A model generated the notes under the pieces. The model did no database searches and was not told where the DNA came from. It saw only the letters and a list, made by a program, of their open reading frames with translations. A program made the position numbers and the translations under genes. 64,000 nt of DNA from Ignavibacteriota bacterium (GTDB lineage: Bacteria > Bacteroidota > Ignavibacteria > Palsa-1295). How positions within the stretch are numbered: the stretch's first letter is position 1; the number at the start of each line of letters is the position of its first letter. The stretch is taken from contig CAWBEI010000004.1 of assembly GCA_963787835.1 (NCBI GenBank), positions 128,001-192,000 on the forward strand, in the 5' to 3' direction. Shown one piece after another: positions 20,931 through 30,737 of this stretch.

Positions 20931-22088
20931 TTATGCGTTTGTTATTCCGGCGCGAAGAAGTGCGGTAACGCCGGTTGGTGATTTATGGGTGTTAGATGAG
21001 ATCACATTGCCATGATGCTCTAAGGTTCTGACGAGTGCAGTGTTTATGCGATCTGGTTCAACGAGATCCTGGTTCTCCAATGTAACAGCAGAGTCATTCA
21101 CCATCAGAGTCATGATGCCTCCTGATCCTGAAAGCGTTAGTATGGCATCGAGATCCTCCGTCACTCTTCCCTCGCTTCGTAAATATTCGACCTGATCCTC
21201 TACAACAGAATGCTTTATCTCCATTTCGGAAAATAGTTTTGTACATTCACGCCATGTGGAAGTGTCTAGTGTAAGCGGATCACCCTCTGGAATCGGAATG
21301 CGCTTCGGACTAATCAGGATGTTCGGATAGTGAAGATATTTTCGGAAATGCGAGACAAGTTCATCTGCCCCGGTAACTACGAGTGGTGAATAGGATTGCT
21401 TAAGTGTATCGTTGACTACTCCGGCCAATTGCTTAAGAAAATGTTCGCGTCTCCGAAACTCCCCATCCTGCGAACCGCCATCCGGGATGGTGCCATGATG
21501 TCCGTTCCCAGAAACCCCAGCATGACTCCCCGACGATGCAGTATGGAATGCACGGTCATGGACCACATTCTCCTGTGCCAGCGCGGCATCAAGAGCCGAC
21601 ACTTGGTCGAGCAGAATTGGAGTGGTGAATTGGGGATGAACGTGCGCCATGCGCGGAGTGCCACGCGACACTTCTAAGAGATAATACTGCTCCGGCAAGG
21701 AAATGAGATGGATGAGAGGTGTAAGGTAGAAATCGTTGCCAATATGTGCCTCATCCCGTACTGGAAGTGGTAATGCATACCAACGTAGCATGGATGGGCT
21801 GGCAAAGATCGAATAGCTCTCGCTACGGTGCTTCCAAAGTTCCTGGGAGTCCAGAAGAGAATGGAGTGAATCCAGAATTATTTTCCGAATCTCACCTGGT
21901 GTTTCTATTTCCTCAAACCATGCAGTCACGGTATGAATATGCCCTTTCAATTCCGCATGGCCAATGATCGCATAGTCGGAAGACGGTGGAACCGAAAAAT
22001 AGATGGTAACCTTCGGTCCACGAAGCTTGGACTCTTGTGTGATCATCTCAAGGAGATTACGAAGGTCAATGACTTTGGGTTGTTCCAT
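20931..22088 (-). CDS. Bacterial aeRF1-like (baeRF / Balon-like) protein
   Basis: Size and segments typical of baeRF3/7: SYSIFAS, FYLTPL, YYLLEVS, a Gly/His loop, PLVVTG, TLMV and TGVTALLR. No canonical GGQ. Confidence 0.65.
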   Translation of the reverse strand: MEQPKVIDLRNLLEMITQESKLRGPKVTIYFSVPPSSDYAIIGHAELKGHIHTVTAWFEEIETPGEIRKIILDSLHSLLDSQELWKHRSESYSIFASPSMLRWYALPLPVRDEAHIGNDFYLTPLIHLISLPEQYYLLEVSRGTPRMAHVHPQFTTPILLDQVSALDAALAQENVVHDRAFHTASSGSHAGVSGNGHHGTIPDGGSQDGEFRRREHFLKQLAGVVNDTLKQSYSPLVVTGADELVSHFRKYLHYPNILISPKRIPIPEGDPLTLDTSTWRECTKLFSEMEIKHSVVEDQVEYLRSEGRVTEDLDAILTLSGSGGIMTLMVNDSAVTLENQDLVEPDRINTALVRTLEHHGNVISSNTHKSPTGVTALLRAGITNA

Positions 22089-22554
22089 GGCGTTTGTGGA
22101 AAAGGGGATTGTTCTGGGTTTTCACAACGATAGCGGCTATCGGAATCTTGTTTTCATTTGGGGCGACTGCCGGAAAAGAAGATCTATTCATGGGAACTGG
22201 TCGATGCAAGATTCCGCACCAATCCAGAACGTCCTTTTCTAAGGCAGCCATATGCGCTGGCTCCAATTTTTTTAGGCCATGCTGCTCAAGCAGCATGTGC
22301 ATGGAGCGAGCAAGGGAGTCGGATGCGATCGCAAGCTCATCTTCAGCAAGTTCGTATTTCATGAGAGCAAGGCGAGCTTGTTCCAGTAGTTCGGCATATG
22401 CAATGCGCGAGGCGGGCGGTGAATTATAAAGTTGGGCGAGTGCTGCTACATCAATATTTCCCAACCCTGGATGGGTATCCCTGACCGTGTCAGAACCATG
22501 CCCGTTTGCACGAATACGAGTCACTCTTGGGGTGCTGTGTTTCTGCTTTGTCAT
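22066..22554 (-). CDS. Hypothetical protein
   Basis: AGGTGG SD before ATG 22554. Helical protein in the Hsp20-ppsA operon. Confidence 0.6.
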   Translation of the reverse strand: MTKQKHSTPRVTRIRANGHGSDTVRDTHPGLGNIDVAALAQLYNSPPASRIAYAELLEQARLALMKYELAEDELAIASDSLARSMHMLLEQHGLKKLEPAHMAALEKDVLDWCGILHRPVPMNRSSFPAVAPNENKIPIAAIVVKTQNNPLFHKRHGTTQSH

Positions 22555-22658
22555 AGTTCCACCTTTTTTTGTCTTTACTATTAGAATCATCAACCACTCC
22601 GGTTTTTGCCGGAGTGGTTGTCTTCATTACCGTGACCGGCACATCAACGTGAGCGCGT

Positions 22659-22674
22659 GCATCGTAGGTGATGC
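22659..22674. repeat. Degenerate copy of the 18-bp palindromic element
   Basis: GCATCGTAGGTGATGC just downstream of the Hsp20 stop. Confidence 0.6.
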
Positions 22675-22691
22675 ATCGCATCGAGGCTCGT

Positions 22692-23210
22692 CTATGCGGG
22701 AACCACTGTTCCGTTAGTTTTCAATTGTCCATTGGGCTTCATTGATATCGTGGTCGATCCGGTAGAAGCTGCGTTCAGCGGTATCTCTCGCGTGGCAGGC
22801 GTTTCCTGGGCGATCTTCGGGAGCGTGATTTCGAGAAGGCCATCTTTGAATGTGCCAATGATCATGTTGGCTTTAACATTCTTTGGGAGCGACATCGACC
22901 GTGTGAATTCGCCGAACGATCGCTCGATGCGGTGATAATTCCGGTCTTTCTTCTCGTCTTTTCGTTCCTTCTGACCGCTGATCGTGAGCACGTTATCATT
23001 TACGGTTACTTTTACATCTTTCTCGGCAAGACCCGACAATTCCGCGATCATATAGAAGTTCTCTTTGTCCTCGGAAATATCGAGGCTCGGAACGAACAAG
23101 TCATCCATACTCGAGAATCTTCGTGGAAAACGGAAATTGCTGTTCATCGTATCAAGAAAAGCACGTTCGATCCTGTCGAACGGTGTTTCAACCCACTTAA
23201 TTAGATCCAT
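22692..23210 (-). CDS. Hsp20/alpha-crystallin small heat shock protein
   Basis: PSLDISED, LTISGQK, ERSFGEFTRS, FKDGLLEITLPK and the C-terminal I-P-L (IXI-like) motif. GGAGG SD. Confidence 0.95.
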   Translation of the reverse strand: MDLIKWVETPFDRIERAFLDTMNSNFRFPRRFSSMDDLFVPSLDISEDKENFYMIAELSGLAEKDVKVTVNDNVLTISGQKERKDEKKDRNYHRIERSFGEFTRSMSLPKNVKANMIIGTFKDGLLEITLPKIAQETPATREIPLNAASTGSTTISMKPNGQLKTNGTVVPA

Positions 23211-23252
23211 TGTACACCTCCATAAATAAGTGAAATTATACTAATTCTTAGA

Positions 23253-23267
23253 GCGAATGCCGTGCCA
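23253..23267 (-). promoter_or_regulatory. Sigma54 -24/-12 promoter of the Hsp20 operon
   Basis: TGGCACGGCATTCGC (GG-N10-GC). Confidence 0.7.
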
Positions 23268-23532
23268 TTCTGGAGTTATGGCGAATAGAGAGTGTCGTTG
23301 CTATTTCAATCGTCTTGAGACTCTTTGGAGGCAACAATTTTTACATTCTTTGTAAGCATTCCTGACACCGAATGCTTAGAACGCGTTTATCTTGCGTGTC
23401 CGAACTTTTCGTTTTCCTGATCCGCGTTGGCATCTGTTTTTTAGACGGGAATTCGTCTATCGAGTGGTATGGCTCTAAAGACCGAATAAATCTTCATATG
23501 GCAGGCCAAGCTCCAGGAACTGGAAGCATAGG

Positions 23533-24167
23533 TTACAAGCTAAAAGGAGGATATTCATCTGTCGTTAGAAGCACGGAATAGGCCGCCACTCGGAGCGACC
23601 ACCGCATTACGCTTACAATAAAATCGAACAGAGACTTTGGATACCGAAGCATCGTCGGCGATGCGCGGTAAACAGGATCGCGAACCATGCTATGATCACA
23701 CATACGATTGCCGCAATACCCAAGGCCCAGAGCACAATATAGTGAAGGATCGCAAGAAACCACTTGAAGAGCGGCATACCTGGGCTGAGACGCACAACAT
23801 CTGGATATGGAATGGTGATATGAACGCCCTGCTCCTCATCGATCGAGGGGTATTCATCTCGCAATAAAAAAAGATAGGCAGAACACCGTGTGCTAAACTT
23901 TATCAATTCCACATTCCAATCGAACCACCAACGTGGATATTTATGAAGGAATAATAAGGTCAGGAGGGTTGGGAAAAAGAGAACCCCTCCAGCGCCCGTC
24001 AAAAAAAAGCTGCATCCCCAGGTTCCCGATGAACCGGAGATCAGAACGAGGATGATCAGTATCGGGATTGCCATAAATGGCCGAAAAAAGCTTGTAAGCT
24101 TATTAAGGGGCCGATCCAGATAGTCGATCTCAAGGGTGGCAGGGAATGAAGCTGAAGGAGTTTCCAT
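23533..24167 (-). pseudogene. DUF4389-family membrane protein, frameshifted at the palindromic element
   Basis: Internal repeat 1 is LFLHKYPRWWFDW...LRDEYP. Repeat 2 breaks at ILFT and continues in another frame as RYPKSLFDF...TDEYPPFSL*. Confidence 0.75.
23647..23664 (-). repeat. 18-bp palindromic element
   Basis: GCATCGCCGACGATGCTT on the minus strand, between the FT(G) and RYP codons. Confidence 0.85.
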
Positions 24168-24305
24168 AAGGCTAATTTTTTTTGACGATAGTACGTGGAC
24201 TCAGCAATGCAAGAGCAAAGATCACCACAGAGACATCCTGAAGCCAGCTCGGCCAGCCCATCCACCAATGAATAATATCCATGTTACTTATTGATTCGAA
24301 ATGGA

Positions 24306-25229
24306 TTATCTTACAATTTCGACGGTCGTCTCCGCGTGAGCTGCTACACTATGCGCGACGCTTCCAAGTAGCATGCGCTCAAGGCCGGAAAGTCCGCGCG
24401 AGCCAATAAAAATAGTATCTGCATGCACCTGCTTGGCCTGCGCCAAGATCTCACGTGAAGCCGTTCCCACGGGCATCGCACTTGTTACCACGTTGAAATG
24501 CTTGCTCATCTCTCGTTCAAGGGAATACACGGCTTGATCAATGCGCGATTCTTTCATTTCCTGATAAATTCCAACGTCTCCAGCAGCCAGCCATATATAT
24601 TCCGGAGAAGCAAGAACGCTGTAATCGAGCGCAGCTACGATGTGAAGATGTGTATGCTTTGGCCATGCTCGTTGAACAAGACTGTGAACCATCTTACGTG
24701 CCCCACTGGAGCCGTCGAACGATGCAAGCAGGGTGAGTGGGCGATTGTTATTTATATGTGTACTTGGTCGAACGATTCGTACGGAGCAAGGTGCTTCACT
24801 GGCCACCCGAAGTGAAACACTTCCCAGAAAGAGACGCCCGATCGCTCCCCGCCCGTGGGAGCCCATCACGATGAGGTCAGGCTTGAGGGATTCTGCAACT
24901 TGGAGGATCATCGAGGCCGGTGAATTCAGCCGCGCACAAGTGGTCGTCTCCCATTTCGGGAAAAGAGCGGAGACCATTTTTACACCTTGACCAGCATCCT
25001 CTTCCGCTGCTTCGCGTGCATATTGGATCGTTTCCTGTAGGTTGTCAATTGCATAAGCGGCGAGCGTGAGGCCGGACTCGATATTGAGAGCTGGTTCACC
25101 ACCCGTGCGAATTTCTCCGACGGAAAGTACTGTCGCCTGAACACCTTCGATCGGAAGTCCGGCATTGTTCAGATCTTGGATCGCATTACTCGCTGATTGC
25201 GAGCCATCATAAGCTATAAGTATTTTCAT
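24306..25229 (-). CDS. Universal stress protein (tandem USP domains)
   Basis: ILIAYDGS, MGSHGRG..LFLGSVS and IGSRGLSG..LLGSVA motifs. Confidence 0.95.
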   Translation of the reverse strand: MKILIAYDGSQSASNAIQDLNNAGLPIEGVQATVLSVGEIRTGGEPALNIESGLTLAAYAIDNLQETIQYAREAAEEDAGQGVKMVSALFPKWETTTCARLNSPASMILQVAESLKPDLIVMGSHGRGAIGRLFLGSVSLRVASEAPCSVRIVRPSTHINNNRPLTLLASFDGSSGARKMVHSLVQRAWPKHTHLHIVAALDYSVLASPEYIWLAAGDVGIYQEMKESRIDQAVYSLEREMSKHFNVVTSAMPVGTASREILAQAKQVHADTIFIGSRGLSGLERMLLGSVAHSVAAHAETTVEIVR

Positions 25230-25340
25230 AGTTCCGATAATAGAGAAAAGTATGCCATTGATATGATGTCATAAATTTGAATAAGAATTACACGTTGCGG
25301 TCAATGTTCTTCTAAAACATGTAAGAGAAGGTGCCATTTG

Positions 25341-25355
25341 GTAAGAAATTCTTAC
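25341..25355. promoter_or_regulatory. Palindromic operator/UAS GTAAG-N5-CTTAC
   Basis: GTAAGAAATTCTTAC, identical to 56332-56346. A half site lies 20 bp upstream. Confidence 0.7.
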
Positions 25356-25440
25356 GCTTCTCGATGCGAGAACTATTTGGTAATATTACTAATCTCCTTG
25401 AAAAGCAAGTCTGGTTGTCTTCGATCAGGGCGGTAACCTT

Positions 25441-25455
25441 TGGCGCGAAAATTGC
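25441..25455 (+). promoter_or_regulatory. Sigma54 -24/-12 promoter
   Basis: TGGCGCGAAAATTGC. Confidence 0.7.
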
Positions 25456-25953
25456 TATGAATGAACATTCGATGATCGCATTACAAATGATAGAGAATTA
25501 TTCATCCCCTTCATTCCAATTTGGTTCGAAAGGGTCTGTCGCCTCCGATCGGCAACGGATCTTTCAGGCAGAAGCGTGTAAGATCTTTCGCAATTATGCG
25601 CTTTCTCCTGCGGATTTTTCTGAGGCAGTACTGCGATTTACTCGATTAAGAAATGATAGTATGAGCTTGCCCGTTGATCAAGAATTATCTTCGGATGATC
25701 TGGTGAGGCGAGTGCTGTATTCCATGCAGTGCGAGGATGTGTGGCGCAGGAGATAGGTGAATGGTCTCATCGAGCATGAAAAATTGTAAGGATTGATTTG
25801 CTACAGGAATTCCGATCATAGTTCACGATCCAACGATTCTTTGAAATATTCCGGAAGGATTATTGACCAGTGAGTGTAAAATATTATCCTTGCTAAAAAC
25901 ATCTCAGAGCTCAGGATACGTGCTTTAGTTCACCTATGAGCGAAATGTATAAG

Positions 25954-25968
25954 TGGCTTGGATTTTGC
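25954..25968 (+). promoter_or_regulatory. Sigma54 -24/-12 promoter of the BON operon
   Basis: TGGCTTGGATTTTGC, 52 bp before the ATG. Confidence 0.65.
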
Positions 25969-26019
25969 CTACGTTCGAGTTGTTAAAAACTTCCATCTAA
26001 TATTTTAACAGATACCAAT

Positions 26020-26688
26020 ATGAAAACGAACCAACAACTCCAGCGCGATGTAGTGGACGCGCTTAAATGGGAACCCCTCCTTAATGGGGCAGAACTCGGT
26101 GTGACCGCCAGGGATGGTGTTATAACGCTGACGGGACATGTGGATAATTATCCGAAAAAATTAGCTGCCGAACGCGCCGCGAAGAGCGTGCATGGTGTTC
26201 GGGCGGTTGCCGAGGAAATTGATGTTAAATTAGGCGCGGAAGACCGGGTGACGGATTCCGAAATTGCTTCGATTGCCATCAATGCGCTAAAATGGTGCAA
26301 TTCCGTTCCAGACGAGCGCATCACGATCAGCGTCGAGAACGGATGGGTTAAGCTCGAAGGCGATGTCGAATGGCAATTCCAAAAGGACGAAGCTCGCCAT
26401 GAGATCGAAGACATCAATGGCGTAAAAGGCGTCACTAATCTTATCATGGTCCAGCCTGAATTAGAGCCGGTAGAGATCAAAGATAAGATCCAGCGCGCGC
26501 TTCAGCGTTCAGCAACGGTTGATGCCAGCAACGTCGTAGTAGATGTCAATGGCAGCTTAGTAACCCTGAAAGGCACGGTCCGCTCCTGGGCAGAGCGCGA
26601 AGATGCCGAAAATGCAGCGTGGGCTGCGCCTGGGGTTGCAAAAGTGAACGATCAGATCCTCGTAAGTGAGGAAGCAGGCGTGCTCTAA
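26020..26688 (+). CDS. Triple BON-domain protein (OsmY-like, no signal peptide)
   Basis: Three repeats of G.VTL.G.V...A....GV..V.N. Confidence 0.93.
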   Translation: MKTNQQLQRDVVDALKWEPLLNGAELGVTARDGVITLTGHVDNYPKKLAAERAAKSVHGVRAVAEEIDVKLGAEDRVTDSEIASIAINALKWCNSVPDERITISVENGWVKLEGDVEWQFQKDEARHEIEDINGVKGVTNLIMVQPELEPVEIKDKIQRALQRSATVDASNVVVDVNGSLVTLKGTVRSWAEREDAENAAWAAPGVAKVNDQILVSEEAGVL

Positions 26689-26728
26689 TTTTACAGTAAA
26701 ATATCAATTCGGAAAGGAGTATTCTATC

Positions 26729-27232
26729 ATGACGACCTCCGCAGTTCCCATCACCCATAAATTCCCGGACGATTCAAAGCAGATTAAGTGGGCGAAGGTC
26801 GGCTTTACGGTGGCCGCAGCAGTTGCTGCGGCCATTGGCATACGCCGAGTTTTCTTGAAGCGCGGCAAAGGATTCCATCAATATAAGCATCATTTTGAGG
26901 AGTGGCTTACTCCACGCCTTCGGACACTGTCTGAAACGCTCGGAGTTTCGAGTGAAGTGGAGAGTCAAATGTCGAAAGAAGTTCATGCAGCGGCAAAGGC
27001 TACATTATGCATGGGACGCGCATCGCAGAAAGTAAGAGCCAACAAACGGGATCTTATTGAGATCGGTCTGGAAAGAAGACTTCTCAAAATGAAGAAACGA
27101 ATTCACCAAATGATTGATATCAAGGAAGCCGCCCAGGCTACTGCGCTCCATGAGTTCTACGAAGAACTTCGCCAATGGTTGATCCCTAAAGGAAATGAAC
27201 ATAAAGGAGCGGCCTATTATGCCGATACATAG
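26729..27232 (+). CDS. Hypothetical protein with an N-terminal membrane anchor
   Basis: AAGGAG SD and a hydrophobic VGFTVAAAVAAAIGI segment. Confidence 0.65.
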   Translation: MTTSAVPITHKFPDDSKQIKWAKVGFTVAAAVAAAIGIRRVFLKRGKGFHQYKHHFEEWLTPRLRTLSETLGVSSEVESQMSKEVHAAAKATLCMGRASQKVRANKRDLIEIGLERRLLKMKKRIHQMIDIKEAAQATALHEFYEELRQWLIPKGNEHKGAAYYADT

Positions 27233-27243
27233 ATGAGGATTAT

Positions 27244-28047
27244 ATGAAAACATTATGTTTTAGAGTTGGTATACGATCATGGTGTCGTATGCCGCTTATC
27301 TCAATCCTATCAATCATAGCTTTGGGCTTAACTTTTGTGCAGAGTGCAAAGGCGCAGGAGCCAAAGAAGGATACTATTGTTCATGACTCCACGGCGGTTA
27401 TTTATGATACTACTAAAGTAGGAGATGATACCGCAAATGTTTATCATACATACGTTCCACCGCCGTGGGCTCCGCCGTATGACAACGTGAGCACGGTTCG
27501 ATATTATTACTTGCCTGATTGCGAGATTTACTATGATGTATGGGAAGGGCTGTGGTGGTATCCTGACGGCGGAGTATGGGTTTCACTTCCTTGTGTTTTG
27601 CGACCCCCAATGTGCGGGGGAATTGATCTTTATGCCACCTTCTTTGTGCTGATCGACCGCGACATGTATCGGCCATGGGAACGTCATGATTATTACCGGG
27701 AGAATTATCCGGCTCATTTTTACGATCATTATCGCCCGATCGTGATCCGAAATGGGATCATCGAGCATGTTCCAGCCGACCGCGAACTTGTTGCGCGGGC
27801 CTTTAATGAGAATTCGAACCGAGTGACGTTCATGCAGGGCACCATTGCCCATGAAGCCCCGCTTGCGAACCCACACAATCCTTCTCAAGTGCTCCCTCCT
27901 GCCGCACGGACCTATGACCGCGTAGTGCATGAAGTGCCAATGCGAGTGCTTTCACCATCAATGCCCGCCGAGAGCAGGAGATACAACTATGGATCTGGCT
28001 ATGCAAGAGGTGGGGCAGGCACTGTAAGGGGTTCTGGACGAAGATGA
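27244..28047 (+). CDS. Secreted Pro/Tyr-rich hypothetical protein
   Basis: Signal peptide ending AKA, PPPWAP..VRYYYLPD.EIYYDV motif and a Gly/Arg-rich tail. Confidence 0.75.
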   Translation: MKTLCFRVGIRSWCRMPLISILSIIALGLTFVQSAKAQEPKKDTIVHDSTAVIYDTTKVGDDTANVYHTYVPPPWAPPYDNVSTVRYYYLPDCEIYYDVWEGLWWYPDGGVWVSLPCVLRPPMCGGIDLYATFFVLIDRDMYRPWERHDYYRENYPAHFYDHYRPIVIRNGIIEHVPADRELVARAFNENSNRVTFMQGTIAHEAPLANPHNPSQVLPPAARTYDRVVHEVPMRVLSPSMPAESRRYNYGSGYARGGAGTVRGSGRR

Positions 28048-28094
28048 TGTTTAGAAAAAGAGTTTTTATAATAATTATATTTTACAGATACTAA

Positions 28095-28544
28095 ATGAAA
28101 ACCAAATTGTTCTCAGTATTAGTATTGTTGTGCTTACTCGGCGCTGCTCTGAGTGGAATATCGAACGCCTCTACTGTCGTATTATCTGTTCAGGATTCAA
28201 CGGTAGCACCGTTAACTCCGGAGCAACGGGTCGATCTCCGATTATCTCATGCCAAGCATGTGCTCCATCTGTCCGATTTGCAGATGAGTCAGATGCGAAC
28301 GGTTCTTTTGGCGCATGAAGGATCATTGCAAACGGATCGAACAAATCTGGAATCGACAACACTCGGAACCCCGGAACGGGAAGCAGCCCGCAAAAAACTT
28401 ATTGCCGAAATTCAGGCAATGAATCTGGAGCTGAAGCCGATCTTAAACACTCACCAGTTAGCTAAATGGCGCAAGATCCTCATGCGCGAATTACGTCGAA
28501 GAGAAATAGAACTTCGACGCAGGCAAGAAGAGCTTCATCGATAA
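28095..28544 (+). CDS. Periplasmic helical protein, Spy/CpxP-like
   Basis: Signal peptide and LHLSDLQ / ILNTHQ (LTxxQ-like) motifs. Confidence 0.6.
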   Translation: MKTKLFSVLVLLCLLGAALSGISNASTVVLSVQDSTVAPLTPEQRVDLRLSHAKHVLHLSDLQMSQMRTVLLAHEGSLQTDRTNLESTTLGTPEREAARKKLIAEIQAMNLELKPILNTHQLAKWRKILMRELRRREIELRRRQEELHR

Positions 28545-28598
28545 CATGGAGTTTCCAAGGTAGATCGCTATTTCTAAGAGTAAAAGCTTGTTCCAACA

Positions 28599-28613
28599 GT
28601 AAGATTTTCTTAC
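28599..28613. promoter_or_regulatory. Palindromic operator/UAS
   Basis: GTAAGATTTTCTTAC. Confidence 0.7.
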
Positions 28614-28666
28614 ATATTTCGCATGCTTTTCCTCATTATTTCTCTGGTTCAAAGCGTATTTAATTC

Positions 28667-28681
28667 TGGCACAACCATAGC
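28667..28681 (+). promoter_or_regulatory. Sigma54 -24/-12 promoter of the MacAB-like operon
   Basis: TGGCACAACCATAGC. Confidence 0.65.
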
Positions 28682-28708
28682 TATTGAAAAGATGAAAGTC
28701 AAACACAA

Positions 28709-29983
28709 ATGGCGGATCAAAATCAAATAATTAGCATTCCCAATTCGGGAACATCAGTGAACGTGCATGCTTCGAATGGTGTAGCACCAGCGTTGCGCGA
28801 GCCACTCTCGGATATGATCTCGCGCGAAGATACGCGCGAAAAAAGAAATCGAAAAATTCGATGGTTGCTCATCGCACTCATCCCGTTGGTAGGAATCGGA
28901 TTGTGGTATATGTTCAAACCGAAACCAGTGCCGCTCGCGCAACGCTTCAGAGTGGGCGTGGTCTCTAATGGTGGCGTGATTCGCGAAGTAAAAGCAACGG
29001 GAGATGTCGAAGCCGTAACGACGATCCAAGTTGGAGCTCAAGTTTCCGGACTGATCTCGAAAGTTCCTGTTGATTACAACACGGTCGTTCATGCTGGGCA
29101 GGTGCTCGCAAAGATCGATCCTACGCTCTATCAGGCTGAGTACGATCAGGCGAATGGACAATTTCTTTCCGCGGAGGCCTCACTCGATCAGGCAATTTCC
29201 AATCGCGATCATAGCGCTCGCGATCTCGCTCGAGCTCAGCAGTTATTCGAAAAACACCTTATCTCTGTATCCGATCTAGATACCGATACTTCCAATCTTC
29301 GGATCGCGGAAGAAACTGTAGCGGCTTCTCGAGCTTCTTTAGCCGCAGCAAATGGAAGCATGGAAGTTGCAAGAACGAATCTCCAATATTGCACCATCAA
29401 GTCTCAGATCAATGGTATCATTGTCTCCCGAAATATTGATTCCGGCCAAACGCTGGCATCGGTGTTTCAAACGCCCGTGCTCTATACTGTTGCAGCCGAC
29501 CTGAAGCAAATGCAGGTGGTTGCAGCAGTCGATGAGGCCGATGTAGGAGAACTTGTCGTGGGCCAGCTGGCAACGTTTACGGTAAATGCCTATCCTGATC
29601 GCATCTTTAAGGGCGTAGTAACCCGTGTTCGCAACGCTCCGGTCATCGTTGAGGATGTTGTTACGTACGGCACAGAAATTATCGTCGATAATTCCGATCT
29701 TGCTCTGAAGCCTGGCATGACGGCTACGGTCAGTATTGTAACAGCCACCTCGAAGAATCCGCTCAAAGTTCCAAATGCGGCCTTTCATTTCACCCCGCCG
29801 ACCGAAAAGGTCGATTCGGTTCACGGTGTCTGGACACTTGACCATGATTCGTTCCGACGCATCCATCTCACGCCTGGCGTTTCCGATGGCGAATGGACGG
29901 AAGTGGTCCGTGGGACGATCACGCTAGGAACTTCTGTGCTTCTTGAACTCACGCCCGATGGAAAGAAGGCGTATGCAAAATGA
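28709..29983 (+). CDS. MacA-like periplasmic adaptor (membrane fusion protein)
   Basis: TM anchor, VGAQVSG.I, an alpha-hairpin, VDEADVG and LKPGMTA. Confidence 0.93.
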   Translation: MADQNQIISIPNSGTSVNVHASNGVAPALREPLSDMISREDTREKRNRKIRWLLIALIPLVGIGLWYMFKPKPVPLAQRFRVGVVSNGGVIREVKATGDVEAVTTIQVGAQVSGLISKVPVDYNTVVHAGQVLAKIDPTLYQAEYDQANGQFLSAEASLDQAISNRDHSARDLARAQQLFEKHLISVSDLDTDTSNLRIAEETVAASRASLAAANGSMEVARTNLQYCTIKSQINGIIVSRNIDSGQTLASVFQTPVLYTVAADLKQMQVVAAVDEADVGELVVGQLATFTVNAYPDRIFKGVVTRVRNAPVIVEDVVTYGTEIIVDNSDLALKPGMTATVSIVTATSKNPLKVPNAAFHFTPPTEKVDSVHGVWTLDHDSFRRIHLTPGVSDGEWTEVVRGTITLGTSVLLELTPDGKKAYAK

Positions 29984-30737
29984 TGTTCATCCCCTAAATG
30001 GGAAGCACGCATCGTTCATGACGCGAGTTGCTTCCGTGACTCCCGGGCCACTGCTGTCCTTTCGCAATGTGTCAAAAGTCTATGGACAGCAAGCGGCAGC
30101 GGTGCATGCGCTCGATGCGGTTAACCTTGATGTTCACGAGGGAGAATTTGTTGCAATTACAGGTCCCAGTGGTTCGGGTAAATCGACCGCGCTGAGCATC
30201 TTTGGAATTTTGGAAACACCAACCACGGGAGAATATTGCATTGAGGGCGTTCCTGTCCAAAATCTTGTAAAAAATGTTCTAGCATTACTGCGCAACAGCC
30301 GTTTTGGTTTCGTGTTTCAACAGTTCAATTTACTTTCTCGCACGTCCGCGTTGGAAAATGTCACTCTGCCATTAGTGTATGGGGGAGTGGGTTCTCGTGA
30401 ACGCAATGCTCGAGCGCGAGAAGCGCTCGATTCGGTCGGTCTTCCCGGAAGATATGACGCGCATCCTAACCAACTTTCTGGCGGTCAGCAGCAGCGCGTA
30501 GCAATGGCACGAGCGATCGTAAATAATCCGTCGGTCATTCTTGCCGATGAACCAACCGGAAATCTTGATTCCAAAATGGGCAAGGAGATCATGCAGCTCA
30601 TCCAGAATCTGAATCGCGAGCGTGGTATTACCGTCCTTATGGTTACCCACGACCCCTCCTGTGCTGCATACGCAGGACGCGAAGTCTCCTTCCGCGACGG
30701 CAGGATCGAAAATGACATTTCAAGAATCAGAACATGA
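29973..30737 (+). CDS. ABC transporter ATP-binding protein (MacB/LolD-like)
   Basis: GPSGSGKST, LSGGQQQRV, ILADEPTGNLD and VTHD motifs. Confidence 0.95.
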   Translation: MQNDVHPLNGKHASFMTRVASVTPGPLLSFRNVSKVYGQQAAAVHALDAVNLDVHEGEFVAITGPSGSGKSTALSIFGILETPTTGEYCIEGVPVQNLVKNVLALLRNSRFGFVFQQFNLLSRTSALENVTLPLVYGGVGSRERNARAREALDSVGLPGRYDAHPNQLSGGQQQRVAMARAIVNNPSVILADEPTGNLDSKMGKEIMQLIQNLNRERGITVLMVTHDPSCAAYAGREVSFRDGRIENDISRIRT

